Shown: positions 38,515-48,471 of the stretch, in pieces
Position numbering within the stretch: position 1 is the first letter of the stretch
Layout of the letters: each line of letters opens with the position of its first letter
NCBI GenBank assembly: GCA_963831465.1
Contig: CAWHQH010000039.1
Coordinates: forward strand, 108,892-172,891
Direction of reading: 5' to 3'
DNA: 64,000 nt
DNA from: Terriglobia bacterium
GTDB taxonomy: Bacteria > Acidobacteriota > Terriglobia > Terriglobales > Acidobacteriaceae
Notes under the pieces: model-generated
Databases searched by the model: none
Seen by the model: the letters and a program-made list of their open reading frames with translations, nothing else
What the model was told of the DNA's origin: nothing
Program-made: the position numbers and the translations under genes

Positions 38515-38596
38515 CATCTCCAGGTGAGATCGACGGCGCGTTAATTGGCGGCGCGAGCTTGGATCGAAGTCGTTAGCGGGGATTGTGAAGTGATAA
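38515..38596 (+). pseudogene. Degenerate remnant of a tpiA 3' end
   Basis: Translates as PGEIDGALIGGASLDRSR* and is followed by GGATTGTGAAGTGATAA. The genuine tpiA tail reads QPEIDGALVGGASLDAKSFAAIVKW* (…CAATTGTGAAGTGGTAA). The two align over about 75 nt. Confidence 0.55.
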
Positions 38597-39493
38597 GTGA
38601 GCGAAATCTTTATCGGCACAGCCGGATTTTCTTATAAGGACTGGGAAGGTATTGTCTATCCTCCCGACCTAAAGAAGCGCAAGGTGCATCCGCTGGAGTA
38701 CCTGGCGCAGTTCATCGATTGCTGCGAAATCAATACCTCATTTTACGGGCATATCCGGCCGAATGTTGGAAAAGATTGGTGCAGGAAGGCATTGGCTGTG
38801 AATCCGAAATTCCAGTTTACGGCCAAGCTTTTTCAGGGCTTCACTCACGTTCCGCGAGGGAGCAAAGCGCAAGTCCCTTTTACTTTGAGCGTAAGCGCCG
38901 ACGAGGAAAAGCTTGCGCGTGAAGGTCTGGATTCAATTGCGCAAGAAGGCAGGCTTGGCGCCGTGCTGGTGCAATTCCCCGTTTCATTCAAGAATGCCGA
39001 CGATACGCGCGATTATCTTTTCAGCCTCATTGAAAAGTTGAAAGCATATCCACTGGTCCTGGAAATCCGGCATGAAAGCTGGAATGATCCCGACATTCTG
39101 GGCAGGCTTGCGGAAGACAGCGTGGGCTTTTGCAATATCGATCAGCCGCGGCTTGGAAAGTCGCTGCGCGGAACAGAGCATGTGACTGCACCCGTGGGAT
39201 ACGTGCGGCTGCACGGGCGAAATTACAAAGAATGGTTTCAGGCCGATAACCGAAACGACCGGTACAACTACCTCTACAAGCCGAAAGAACTTGAGGGCTG
39301 GAAAGATAAAGTGACGAATATCGCCGGGCAGACGCAGAAGACTTTTGTGGTGACCAACAATCACTATAAAGGACAGGCCGCCGTGAACGCACTGGAGTTA
39401 AAAGAAATGCTGGGTGGAAAGAAAGTGAAGGCTCCAAAGACGCTGGTGGACCATTATCCAGAGCAGTTGAAAGATATTGCGACGGCAGTTTAA
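38597..39493 (+). CDS. DUF72-domain protein
   Basis: IGTAGFSYKDWEGIVYP and the overall DUF72 pattern. The start codon is GTG. Confidence 0.9.
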   Translation: MSEIFIGTAGFSYKDWEGIVYPPDLKKRKVHPLEYLAQFIDCCEINTSFYGHIRPNVGKDWCRKALAVNPKFQFTAKLFQGFTHVPRGSKAQVPFTLSVSADEEKLAREGLDSIAQEGRLGAVLVQFPVSFKNADDTRDYLFSLIEKLKAYPLVLEIRHESWNDPDILGRLAEDSVGFCNIDQPRLGKSLRGTEHVTAPVGYVRLHGRNYKEWFQADNRNDRYNYLYKPKELEGWKDKVTNIAGQTQKTFVVTNNHYKGQAAVNALELKEMLGGKKVKAPKTLVDHYPEQLKDIATAV

Positions 39494-39806
39494 CGATCAC
39501 TAGAAAACAAGTTCTTCCAATATTGGTATTGCTAATTGCTCCTAGCATCAGGCGCCTATCCATTCCATTCCTTTCTTCCAGGAGCGAGCAAGCCCCACGT
39601 GCGAATGGCTGTTTGTTTAGATCTGAATTCTTACTTTGCTTCCGTTGAGCAGCAGGAAAGGCATCCGGTACTTCCGCAAATAGCAGTCGAGAGAGACTGT
39701 GGCACTGGTTGCGCGGCGCAGATTTTCAGATGATTTCTTCAAATCCCTTTCAACTTTGGATAGACTCATTCATTCCGAGAATCTGAACAAGGCGGTGGAA
39801 ATCAGC

Positions 39807-42320
39807 ATGACCAGGCCGGCACGTATCTTTATTCGTCTATTACTCCTTGTGGTTGTCCTTCCTTTCTGCTTGGCGGCACATGCTCAGCAAGCAGCCCAGG
39901 AAGAACAGCCAGTACTCCATGGCTATCAGAAAGCTCCTCAGCCAATTCCTGGCATTTTGAATGCCCGCCCAACGCCCCTTGTGCAGGTAAGTCCAGATGG
40001 AAAATGGTTGCTCGCGGCTGATCGCCTGCCTTACCCGCCAATTTCAGATCTGGCGCAACCCATGCTTCGGCTTGCCGGATTGCGTATCAATCCCGCCACG
40101 AATGGCAGGCATCATCCTCCGCGCTTCACCGCGCTGCATCTTTACTCCACTGAGGGCAAAAAGCAGGCAGAGGTTACGGTCCCCCGCAACGCCTATCTGA
40201 GCCCGCCGGAATGGTCGCAGGATAGCCAGCACTTTGCTTTCACCAACACCACAGCCAATGGCATTGAATTATGGATCGGCCAGATTGGAAGCTACGCAGC
40301 GAGCGCTGTTCCTAAAATCAAGCTAAGCGCCGTAATGGGCGAACCGCTGCAGTGGATGCCCGACGGCAAGACGCTTCTGGTTCAAACCGTTCCGGCTACG
40401 CGAGGCAATCCTCCCGCAGCGCCAACTTCGCCCGATGGCCCAATTATTCAGGAGAGTGACGGCAAGCGTGCTCCGGTCCGCACCTATGAAGACCTGTTGC
40501 AGGATTCGCACGATGAAGACCTCTTCGATTACTACGCCACGTCGCAACTGACGCTGGTGAAAAACAATGTAGCAACTCCTATCGGCAAGCCTGGGATCTT
40601 TTCTCGCATAGAACCTTCTCCCGACGGCAAGCATTTACTCGTCGTTCGCATCCAGCATCCATATTCCTACATCATGCCGGAGAGCGATTTCCCGCGTGAA
40701 GTTGAAATCTGGGACCTCACCGGAAAGCTGGAGCACAAAATTGCCAGCCTGCCGCTGGAAGAGCATGTCCCCATTGAAGGCGTGCCGCTTGGTCCGCGCG
40801 ACTACCAATGGGTGCCTTCGCAGCCGGCGACGCTAATCTGGGCGGATGCGCTGGACGGCGGTGATCCTAAAGCCAAAGCTCCTTTCCGTGACAAGCTCAT
40901 GCTGCTGCGTGCGCCGTTTATTGGCCAGCCGCAGGAGCTCGCCAAGCTCGAGCAGCGTTTTGTCCCCGCAGGCGGCGGATTTGGCGGTTTTGGCCGCGGC
41001 TCCGTTATTGAGTGGACTGAAAACGGCCTAGGCCTTGCCAGCGACTACAATCGTGATCGCCGCTGGGTACGTACTTTCCTGATCGATATTGCCAAGCCCG
41101 GTGAACAGCCAAAACTGATAGCAGAACGCTCCATCCGTGATCGCTACCGCGATCCTGGTTCACCGTTGATGCGGACACTGCCAAACGGAAAGCGCGTGAT
41201 GCGTCAATCAGGCAGCGCTATTTTCCTGGCAGGCAACGGCGCTTCACAAAAGGGCGAGTTCCCTTTTCTGGATCGCTTTGACCTCGATACTCTGAAATTT
41301 GAACGTATCTTCCAATGCGGTGACGGACAATATGAGTCCGTGGTAGCGCTTCTCTCCGACGATGGCACCAAGTTCCTGACCCGCCATGAGAGTCCCACAG
41401 AGTCGCCAAATTATTTTGTCCGCACGGCTAACAGCGCGGACAAAAAAGCGATCACTGATTTTCCCGATCCGGCGCCGCAGCTCCACGGCATTACCAAGCA
41501 GCTAGTCACTTATAAACGGGCGGACGGCGTCCAGCTTTCTTTCACGCTCTACCTACCTGCCAACCATAAAGAAGGTGAGCGCCTGCCGACCATCGTGTGG
41601 GCCTATCCGCTGGAGTTCAATGACGCGGATACCGCCGGACAGGTCTCAGGCTCGCCATACCACTTCACCACCATCACCGGCATCTCGCAACTGTTTTTGG
41701 TAACGCAGGGTTACGCCATTCTCGATAACGCCACCATGCCGGTCGTTGGCGATCCTGAAACCATGAACAATACTTACGTGGAGCAGGTGGTCGCCAGCGC
41801 GAAGGCCGCTATAGACAAAGCCGTTGAAATGGGCGTGACCGATCGAGATCGCGTCGGCGTGGGCGGCCACAGCTACGGCGCTTTTATGACCGCCAATCTG
41901 CTGGCCCACTCTGATCTGTTCCGCGCCGGAGTCGCCCGCAGCGGAGCTTATAACCGCACGCTCACGCCATTTGGATTCCAAAGCGAACGGCGCACGATAT
42001 GGGAAGCTCCGGATATGTACATCAAAGTCTCGCCTTTCATGCAGGCAGACAAAATCAAACATCCCATCCTGCTAATCCACGGCATGGCGGACGATAATTC
42101 CGGCACCTTCCCTATCCAAAGCGAGCGCATGTACCAGGCCATCAAAGGCAATGGCGGGATCGTGCGTTACGTTCAGCTTCCATACGAGGCTCACGGCTAC
42201 CTCGCCCGGGAATCCACCGAGCACACGCTGTGGGAAATGGTCACGTGGTTCGATAAATGGGTGAAGAACGCGCCGCCAACCAGCGGCCCGAACAGCACTG
42301 CCAAGACAGGAGGACAGTAG
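39807..42320 (+). CDS. Secreted S9-family serine peptidase (prolyl oligopeptidase/DPP-like, N-terminal beta-propeller)
   Basis: The signal peptide starts at the internal ATG 39807. GGHSYGAFM is the nucleophile elbow. The C-terminus has LLIHGMADDN and YEAHGY. Confidence 0.9.
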   Translation: MTRPARIFIRLLLLVVVLPFCLAAHAQQAAQEEQPVLHGYQKAPQPIPGILNARPTPLVQVSPDGKWLLAADRLPYPPISDLAQPMLRLAGLRINPATNGRHHPPRFTALHLYSTEGKKQAEVTVPRNAYLSPPEWSQDSQHFAFTNTTANGIELWIGQIGSYAASAVPKIKLSAVMGEPLQWMPDGKTLLVQTVPATRGNPPAAPTSPDGPIIQESDGKRAPVRTYEDLLQDSHDEDLFDYYATSQLTLVKNNVATPIGKPGIFSRIEPSPDGKHLLVVRIQHPYSYIMPESDFPREVEIWDLTGKLEHKIASLPLEEHVPIEGVPLGPRDYQWVPSQPATLIWADALDGGDPKAKAPFRDKLMLLRAPFIGQPQELAKLEQRFVPAGGGFGGFGRGSVIEWTENGLGLASDYNRDRRWVRTFLIDIAKPGEQPKLIAERSIRDRYRDPGSPLMRTLPNGKRVMRQSGSAIFLAGNGASQKGEFPFLDRFDLDTLKFERIFQCGDGQYESVVALLSDDGTKFLTRHESPTESPNYFVRTANSADKKAITDFPDPAPQLHGITKQLVTYKRADGVQLSFTLYLPANHKEGERLPTIVWAYPLEFNDADTAGQVSGSPYHFTTITGISQLFLVTQGYAILDNATMPVVGDPETMNNTYVEQVVASAKAAIDKAVEMGVTDRDRVGVGGHSYGAFMTANLLAHSDLFRAGVARSGAYNRTLTPFGFQSERRTIWEAPDMYIKVSPFMQADKIKHPILLIHGMADDNSGTFPIQSERMYQAIKGNGGIVRYVQLPYEAHGYLARESTEHTLWEMVTWFDKWVKNAPPTSGPNSTAKTGGQ

Positions 42321-42825
42321 ATCGGTCCATCTGGCCAGCGGGAGATCGGGCATTGGTCGATTAGGAGCCGCTTGGCTCGGAAACGAGCAGCTAGGAGCTA
42401 CTGGCTAGCAGCTTCTTAATTATCAAAGAACATACTTGCTTTCCGCCTGAGCGGCCTTTCGCTTGTCACTTTTTGGTAATTCTCGGCAACCTTGGCAATC
42501 CAGAAGTTATCTTTTGGTTAACTCCTACCCCCTCCCTGGACATCCCACCTGGTCCCAGTTTGGCGTGGTTTGTCCCAAGTACACGGATGCGCCTAGGGAG
42601 AGCAATCCCCGAACTTTCTCATCCAAGAAATTACAATTTGATTAACAGGAACCATGCGTATGCTAGTCGAATTCATGGCGAAATAAAAGCGGGAATTAGT
42701 ACATTGTGAGGCAAGAAACTGGCCGCGTATTCACCCGGCCTAAAAAAATTCGCATTTTGATGAAACGTTTTCCTCCTAAGACGCACTACTCAACAGGATG
42801 AACGGAAAAAGCACAAACTAGGACT

Positions 42826-42932
42826 GGCGGTGGTTGCCAAGGGGGTGTCACCGCCGAGCCCTGGGATTGTGGCTCCTTATTTGCCTCTTCAGTAACAAAA
42901 GCGTGGCTACCTGGCCGCGCTTTTGTATTCTT
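42826..42932 (+). ncRNA. Candidate small RNA (three consecutive hairpins ending in an intrinsic terminator)
   Basis: Hairpins are GGCGGUG...CACCGCC (42826-42855), GAGCC...GGCUC (42856-42875), and AAAAGCGUGGC-uaccug-GCCGCGCUUUU followed by GUAUUCUU (42897-42932). It lies in a ~780-nt ORF-free region. I recognise no family. Confidence 0.2.
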
Positions 42933-43102
42933 GAGCTTTTAACCAACACTCTTAAGTCGGCCAGCACTTCTTTCCCTACAGGTAACATCAATCTCAGCAG
43001 CAGCTTAGGGGTTTGGGTCATATGGGCTATGGCTTGCAGATCACTTACATTGGCCGGACGTGATAGGCGATTTTCAGCACTGCTGTTAGAAATAGAGGGA
43101 TT

Positions 43103-43540
43103 ATGCGTAAAACAATTGCTTTGTTCATTCTGCTGGTTTTAAGCGTGGCCGCCCTGGCTTGGGGCAGCACTAGCTCTCATGAAAAGACCGCCATTACCGC
43201 AGTCGCCCAGGATTATATGGACGCTTACTACACTGCCGATGCCTCTCGAATGCAGAAAACATTGCATCCAGATTTCCACAAGCGCACCCTGCGGGTCGTG
43301 AATGGCCATACGGAAATCAGCGAAGATACTGTTCAATCGATGGTGGAAGGCGTTCAGATGGGTAGCGGCAAAGAAACCCCCATCGCCGAACGGGTCAAGA
43401 AGATCGAAGTACTCGATGTTTACCGCGATGCCGCCAGCGTTAAGGTTGTGACCGGCCGCTGGGTTGACTACATGCACCTTTCCAAATCGAATGGCGAATG
43501 GCGCGTTCTGGATGTGGTGCTGCAATATACCCGGAAATAG
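43103..43540 (+). CDS. Secreted NTF2-like (putative lumazine-binding-like) protein
   Basis: Signal peptide, then AVAQDYMDAYYTADASRMQKTLHPDFHKR... and GEWRVLDVV, a SnoaL/NTF2-like pattern. Confidence 0.65.
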   Translation: MRKTIALFILLVLSVAALAWGSTSSHEKTAITAVAQDYMDAYYTADASRMQKTLHPDFHKRTLRVVNGHTEISEDTVQSMVEGVQMGSGKETPIAERVKKIEVLDVYRDAASVKVVTGRWVDYMHLSKSNGEWRVLDVVLQYTRK

Positions 43541-43641
43541 TGATTATGCCGGAAGCCTTTTTGCCGCGAAACTGGTTTTGCAAAAGAGCAAAGCTCACAC
43601 CGATGACACGAGTTCGTAAATTCATAGCGGCGCCTGTTTGA

Positions 43642-43687
43642 CTTTTTTGATCCGTGTATATCAGCGTTACTGTGGTGAGGTTTTACC
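43642..43687. repeat. REP-like element, copy C (inverted orientation)
   Basis: The reverse complement is GGTAAAACCTCACCACAGTAACGCTGATATACACGGATCAAAAAAG, which matches copies A and B. Confidence 0.5.
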
Positions 43688-43917
43688 TTCCGATCGGCGC
43701 TCATCCGCGGTAGTTTTTGCTTTTCTGATCGCTCGATCACCAGATCACGCGCGATCACCCGATTTTTTAGACTGTTCGACTTCGCACATTGATTACAAGA
43801 ACGAACACAGTTGAAATCAGTAGTGACGTTTGTCCGGGTTTGGCTGCGCAACACCATGGTCGCCATAGGGGCTCCCTCGCTTCGCTCCGGGACGTTAGAA
43901 ACCGCTACAATTCTTAT

Positions 43918-44511
43918 ATGATCACTGCCCCTATTGGCACCGCTCCATACTCTGAAGTTGCGAGGCGGTTGCTGCGTCCGGAAGACTGCGCGCTCGCCGT
44001 TATTGACATCCAGGAAAAGCTGCTGCCGCCCATCTTTGAAAAAGAACGCCTGGTGCGCAACGCACAACTGCTAGTCCGCCTAGCCGACATTCTGTCTCTG
44101 CCCATAATCGTCAGCACGCAATATGAAAAAGGACTAGGGAAGACAATTTCCGAGATTACTTCTCTTCTTCCTGAAACTCAAACCGTGGACAAGCTGGAGT
44201 TTGGCTGCTTTGGCAATGGTGAATACTGTTCGCAGATCAGGAAGGTGGCGAACCGAACCACACTGCTCCTGTGCGGAATGGAATCGCACATTTGCGTCAT
44301 GCAGACTGCCCTCGGCGCTTTAAACCAGGGGTTGAACGTTCATGTTGCCGCCGATGCCGTAAGCTCACGCACCGAACTCAACTGGAAGCTCGGCCTGGAC
44401 CGCATGCAAGCCTCCGGCGCGGTACTGTCTTCAACGGAGATGATGATCTATGAACTGCTCAGTAAGTCCGGCACTCCCGCATTCAAAGAGATGCTGAAGC
44501 ACTTAAAGTAG
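43918..44511 (+). CDS. Isochorismatase-family hydrolase
   Basis: ALAVIDIQEKLLP and LLLCGMESHICVMQTALGAL (catalytic Cys). The start was trimmed to the ATG at 43918. Confidence 0.85.
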   Translation: MITAPIGTAPYSEVARRLLRPEDCALAVIDIQEKLLPPIFEKERLVRNAQLLVRLADILSLPIIVSTQYEKGLGKTISEITSLLPETQTVDKLEFGCFGNGEYCSQIRKVANRTTLLLCGMESHICVMQTALGALNQGLNVHVAADAVSSRTELNWKLGLDRMQASGAVLSSTEMMIYELLSKSGTPAFKEMLKHLK

Positions 44512-44663
44512 GACTTTCCTGCGCCGAATGGCCCCCTTTATTCGGCTGTTGGCTCGAAAAAACCTCCAAACGTGCCACTTGCTTGATCTCGAACACAAGT
44601 GCCCTCAAACAGCTATAATTTAAGGTTGCGTATCAGCCAGGGATCGACAACAGGATTTTCGAG

Positions 44664-46217
44664 ATGAGGCCTATGAGAGTGCATTTAGTCAATCCGAGCG
44701 ATACCTCGTTCGGAACCGCAGTGATCACCCCGCGCTGGCTCTATGTTCTTGCCGCCGCTACGCCCGCCTCCTTTGGCGACCCGGTTATATGTGACGAAAC
44801 TTTGGAGCACCTGGACCCGCTTAGCATTGATGCTGGCGACGTAGTGGGCATAGGGGTCCACACCGGCAACGCATTGCGCGGCTATGAGCTTGGGCGCATA
44901 GCTCGTGAGCGCGGCGCTACTGTTATCTTCGGGGGCATTCACCCCACGCTTTACTCAGAAGAACCCTTTGAAAGAGGCGGCGCTCACGCGGTGGTAAAAG
45001 GCGATGGGGACCATGCTTGGCCGGCCGCTCTGAGAGACTCCGCCAACGGCACTCTTAAAAGGATTTATGAAGGCGGAAGAGTCGGAGCCGAACAGTTCAA
45101 ATCTGCCCGCTGGGACCTGCTGCCGCCGGAACGTTACATGTGGGCTTCCGTTCAGACCGTCCGCGGCTGCCCCAAGCATTGCTCCTTCTGCTCCGTGTGG
45201 CGCACGGATGGCCAAAAGCCGCGCCAGCGCGCGTCGGACGCGGTGATTCAGGAGATCGTAGACCTACGGCGGTTGGGATATCGCTATATTGCATTGGCCG
45301 ACGATAATTTTTATCCCGTCTCGCTCACGGACATCAGGCTGGCCGAGCGGCAGAACAATCATGTTCGCGTAGCGGAGCTCAAGGCGATCCGCTCTGAGCG
45401 GTTTGAGTTGATGTCGCGCCTGGCGCAGTTGCCCAAAGACATGGTCTTTTTTACTCAAATCACCATGGAAGCCGCCGAAGATCCGCAGTTTCTTGACGCA
45501 ATGCATGCCGCCCACATCAAGGGAGCACTTGTCGGTGTGGAAGCGGTAACGCCGGAGGGGCTCAAGGATGTTTACAAAGATTTTAATTTCTCCGGAGAAG
45601 AGTTGGTCCGGCGGCTGCAAGAGTTCAAGAACCACAACATCCATATTCTCGGCTCGTTTATTTTTGGATTGCCCTCTGACCGGCAGACCACCTTTGAAGC
45701 TACTCTGAATCTGGCGCAACGCGCAGGCGTGACCTTTGCACAGTTTGTTATGCTCACGCCGTTCCCCGGGACAGTCGATTTTGAGAAGTGGGAAAAAGCC
45801 CAGCCTGACAGCGCTCGCGTGAATGATATTCCGCTGAGCCGCTTCTGGCTGATTCCAGCCAGCATCCGGCCAAAAATGTTCATGGAGCATCCTGTAATGA
45901 GCTGCGATGAAATACGCATGCGGACGCAGGGTGTGTGGGACAGGTTCTATAGTTTCAAGTCAATCTGGAAGCGGTCCAACTGCACGCCCAATTTCAAATC
46001 ACGGCTGGCGTTTGTTTTTATTTCCAAACTTTACCGGCAGATGTACGCCGGAACCGGCATCTCCACGGATAGCGCGCGGCGCAACAAGGCTAGCTCCTGG
46101 GCGCGATGGCTGGCTAAACCCTGTCGAAGACTTTTTACCTCAAAGCCGATGCCGGAATTGCAGGTACCACGCACGCCCTCACGCCGTGTAGGCGCTAAGA
46201 TCCCAAGCGAAGCTTAG
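44664..46217 (+). CDS. B12-binding-domain radical SAM protein (DUF4070-like C-terminus)
   Basis: Has an N-terminal cobalamin-binding-like domain and RGCPKHCSFCSVW (CxxxCxxC). Confidence 0.9.
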   Translation: MRPMRVHLVNPSDTSFGTAVITPRWLYVLAAATPASFGDPVICDETLEHLDPLSIDAGDVVGIGVHTGNALRGYELGRIARERGATVIFGGIHPTLYSEEPFERGGAHAVVKGDGDHAWPAALRDSANGTLKRIYEGGRVGAEQFKSARWDLLPPERYMWASVQTVRGCPKHCSFCSVWRTDGQKPRQRASDAVIQEIVDLRRLGYRYIALADDNFYPVSLTDIRLAERQNNHVRVAELKAIRSERFELMSRLAQLPKDMVFFTQITMEAAEDPQFLDAMHAAHIKGALVGVEAVTPEGLKDVYKDFNFSGEELVRRLQEFKNHNIHILGSFIFGLPSDRQTTFEATLNLAQRAGVTFAQFVMLTPFPGTVDFEKWEKAQPDSARVNDIPLSRFWLIPASIRPKMFMEHPVMSCDEIRMRTQGVWDRFYSFKSIWKRSNCTPNFKSRLAFVFISKLYRQMYAGTGISTDSARRNKASSWARWLAKPCRRLFTSKPMPELQVPRTPSRRVGAKIPSEA

Positions 46218-46228
46218 GGAGCGATCGG

Positions 46229-47377
46229 TTATCCTGCTTCCTCTTCGCTCTCATCGAGAGTCCGCTGTCCCATCACGCGCGTTTCTCCGCCTGTAATCTC
46301 CAGACTGATTGGCGCTTCCCCGGAAAACTTTTCCACCAGCTCCGCAAGCCGCTGAGAGTGTGTGACCACCCAGAGCTGCGAATGTCGCCCGGCGTTCACC
46401 AATTGTTTTGCCAACGGCTCCAGCAAATCAGGATGCAAACTCGTCTCCGGTTCATTCAACGCCAACAAGGACGGTGGATGCGGACTTAATAGTGCCGCCA
46501 GCAGACAGAGATAGCGCAGCGTGCCGTCAGAGAGTTCGCGGGCGCGCAAAGGACGCCGCAATCCTGGCATGCGCAATAGCACGGCAAACATTCCATTGTC
46601 TTCATCGTGCTCAATCTCAAGTGACGCGCCTGGAAACGCCTGCCGGATCGCCTCATGCAAATCCTGTGACTGACCGACTTCATTGATGGTCTGGAGCGCC
46701 GCCGCCAGGTCGCGCCCATCATGCGCCAGCACCGGCGTGCGCACGCCCACCTGCGGATGCCGGAGCGGTGATTCGGCGTCCGTGCGGAAGTGATGATAAA
46801 AGCGCCAGCGGCTCATCTCCGTGCGCAGCGACGAAAGCTCAGGATAAAGATGTGGTTCGCGCAACTGCGAAAGCACGGATTCGGTGGGCAGCAGTTCACC
46901 TGAGTAGTCGGAGAGGCGCTCATCGTTATCCAATATCCACGCGCCTTTGGGCGAGCGCTCAAAAAACGTGACTTTTAATCCGTGGGGCGCGTCCATCCAT
47001 ACGCGCTCTTCCTTAACCTCCGGATCGAGCGAAAACGCCGATTTCTCTCCTGAACTTTGCTTGGGCAAGCCGCAAATCAGCTCATAAGAAAAAGTGTCTG
47101 TCTTAATGCCCAGTGACATGCGCACACCTTCCATGCGAATTGTCCCCATGGATCGGCTCTTGCGCGCGCCAGCCCACAAAACCGATGGCATTCCGCCTTC
47201 TTCCGCGATCACCTGGGCAAAGCCTCCCGCGGCCGCCTTGGCCAGCAGGAAAACGGAATTATAAAGGTTGGTCTTGCCAGTAGCGTTGGCGCCGGTGAGC
47301 ACGTTGATCTGGCTCAGGTGCAGCCGCAGACTGCGTACTGAGCGGTATCCAGTTACATGAATTTCACGTATGGCCAC
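46229..47377 (-). CDS. ABC/SMC-like AAA ATPase (AAA_21/COG4637-like), stand-alone
   Basis: Walker A LTGANATGKTN, signature-like LSDGTLRYL and Walker B LLALNEPETSLH. Confidence 0.8.
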   Translation of the reverse strand: MAIREIHVTGYRSVRSLRLHLSQINVLTGANATGKTNLYNSVFLLAKAAAGGFAQVIAEEGGMPSVLWAGARKSRSMGTIRMEGVRMSLGIKTDTFSYELICGLPKQSSGEKSAFSLDPEVKEERVWMDAPHGLKVTFFERSPKGAWILDNDERLSDYSGELLPTESVLSQLREPHLYPELSSLRTEMSRWRFYHHFRTDAESPLRHPQVGVRTPVLAHDGRDLAAALQTINEVGQSQDLHEAIRQAFPGASLEIEHDEDNGMFAVLLRMPGLRRPLRARELSDGTLRYLCLLAALLSPHPPSLLALNEPETSLHPDLLEPLAKQLVNAGRHSQLWVVTHSQRLAELVEKFSGEAPISLEITGGETRVMGQRTLDESEEEAG

Positions 47378-47493
47378 GGATGCATATTAAATGAAAATGC
47401 GGCGCATCGTGGCGAAAGACTGGCGGGAAATCACAAAGTTTTTCGCTTTTTCCTGTTGCTTTCCTGCGCCATCTTCTCAGTACAATACAAACC

Positions 47494-47928
47494 ATGCCGC
47501 AGTGGCATCCATCATCCAGGCTAATCAACGACGAAACATTTCGCCGGCTCTGCCGCGCCCGCGATTTTCTGGCTGCCGGCTACCAATCGCAAATCCTTCT
47601 GGATGCTGCCGCACGCGAAGCCTGCCTCTCGCCCTTTCATTTCCATCGCCTGTTCCATTCCACTTTCGGCGAGACGCCGCATGACTTCCTTACTCGCCGT
47701 CGTATGGACCATGCTCGCCACTGGCTTGCCTCGGGAGAAATGACGGTCACAGCAGTCTGTCTGGAAGTCGGTTATTCCAGCCTGGGATCGTTCAGCTCAA
47801 AATTTCAAAGCACCGTCGGCGTCTCGCCGACACAATATCAGCGCCAGATCAGGCGGATCTTCGCCTATCAGAAGCCCTGGAAGATCATCCTTGTGCCAGC
47901 CTGCTATTTCTCTGCTTACGGCGCATAA
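47494..47928 (+). CDS. AraC-family transcriptional regulator (HTH domain only)
   Basis: LSPFHFHRLFHSTFGETPHDFLTRRRMDHARHWL...VGYSSLGSFSSKFQSTVGVSPTQY matches a duplicated AraC HTH. Confidence 0.8.
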   Translation: MPQWHPSSRLINDETFRRLCRARDFLAAGYQSQILLDAAAREACLSPFHFHRLFHSTFGETPHDFLTRRRMDHARHWLASGEMTVTAVCLEVGYSSLGSFSSKFQSTVGVSPTQYQRQIRRIFAYQKPWKIILVPACYFSAYGA

Positions 47929-48008
47929 ACAGCAAGAATCAAGAAGCCGCACCGCTTCCCCTTTGATTACGATTGTTGAAGCCAGATGTCCAACAACCAG
48001 GAGGAAGC

Positions 48009-48446
48009 ATGATTCAGCGCATGTCGCATTCCGCAATCTTTGTTCTTGATCAGGACGTAGCCAAAGATTTTTATGTGAATAAACTTGGGTTTGAAGTAGG
48101 CATGGACCAATCCATGCCCAACGGCTTCCGCTGGCTCACGGTGAGCCCTAAAGGGCAGCCCGATCTCCAGATCATTCTCATGAAGGTCGCGCCGTCGCCC
48201 TTTGAGGGCTCCAATGTACAAAAAATTCAACCGCAGGATGTAGAGACGATCGGCGGGTTGATGAAGAAGGGCGCGTTCGGCGCAGGAGTGTTCCAAACCG
48301 CTGACTGTAGCAAAACCTACGAAGAAATGAAGGCCAAAGGCGTGGAATTTCTTTCTCCGCCCAAAGATCAATTCTATGGCGTTGAAGCCGTGTTCCGCGA
48401 TCCCTTTGGCAACTGGTTCAGCATGACGCAGCCAAAAAATATGTAA
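48009..48446 (+). CDS. VOC/glyoxalase-family protein
   Basis: SHSAIFVLDQDVAKDFYVNKLGFEV and YGVEAVFRDPFGNWFSM. An AGGAGGA Shine-Dalgarno precedes the ATG at 48009. Confidence 0.85.
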   Translation: MIQRMSHSAIFVLDQDVAKDFYVNKLGFEVGMDQSMPNGFRWLTVSPKGQPDLQIILMKVAPSPFEGSNVQKIQPQDVETIGGLMKKGAFGAGVFQTADCSKTYEEMKAKGVEFLSPPKDQFYGVEAVFRDPFGNWFSMTQPKNM

Positions 48447-48471
48447 TCAGGATGGCTTTTCCCAAAAACTA

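Noticed and set aside
39027-39563. 178-aa minus-strand ORF
   Set aside because: It is antisense to the DUF72 gene and has no recognisable features.
43468-44067. 199-aa minus-strand ORF
   Set aside because: It runs through REP-like intergenic elements (…PRMSADRKVKPHHSNADIHGSKK…) and through the antisense of the isochorismatase 5' end. This is typical of a spurious repeat-derived ORF.
46229-47377. AAA_21-like ATPase as part of an anti-phage defence system (Gabija/OLD/Septu-like)
   Set aside because: No adjacent nuclease, helicase, toprim or HNH partner is present. The flanks are a convergent radical SAM gene and an AraC regulator. The evidence is insufficient to call a defence system.
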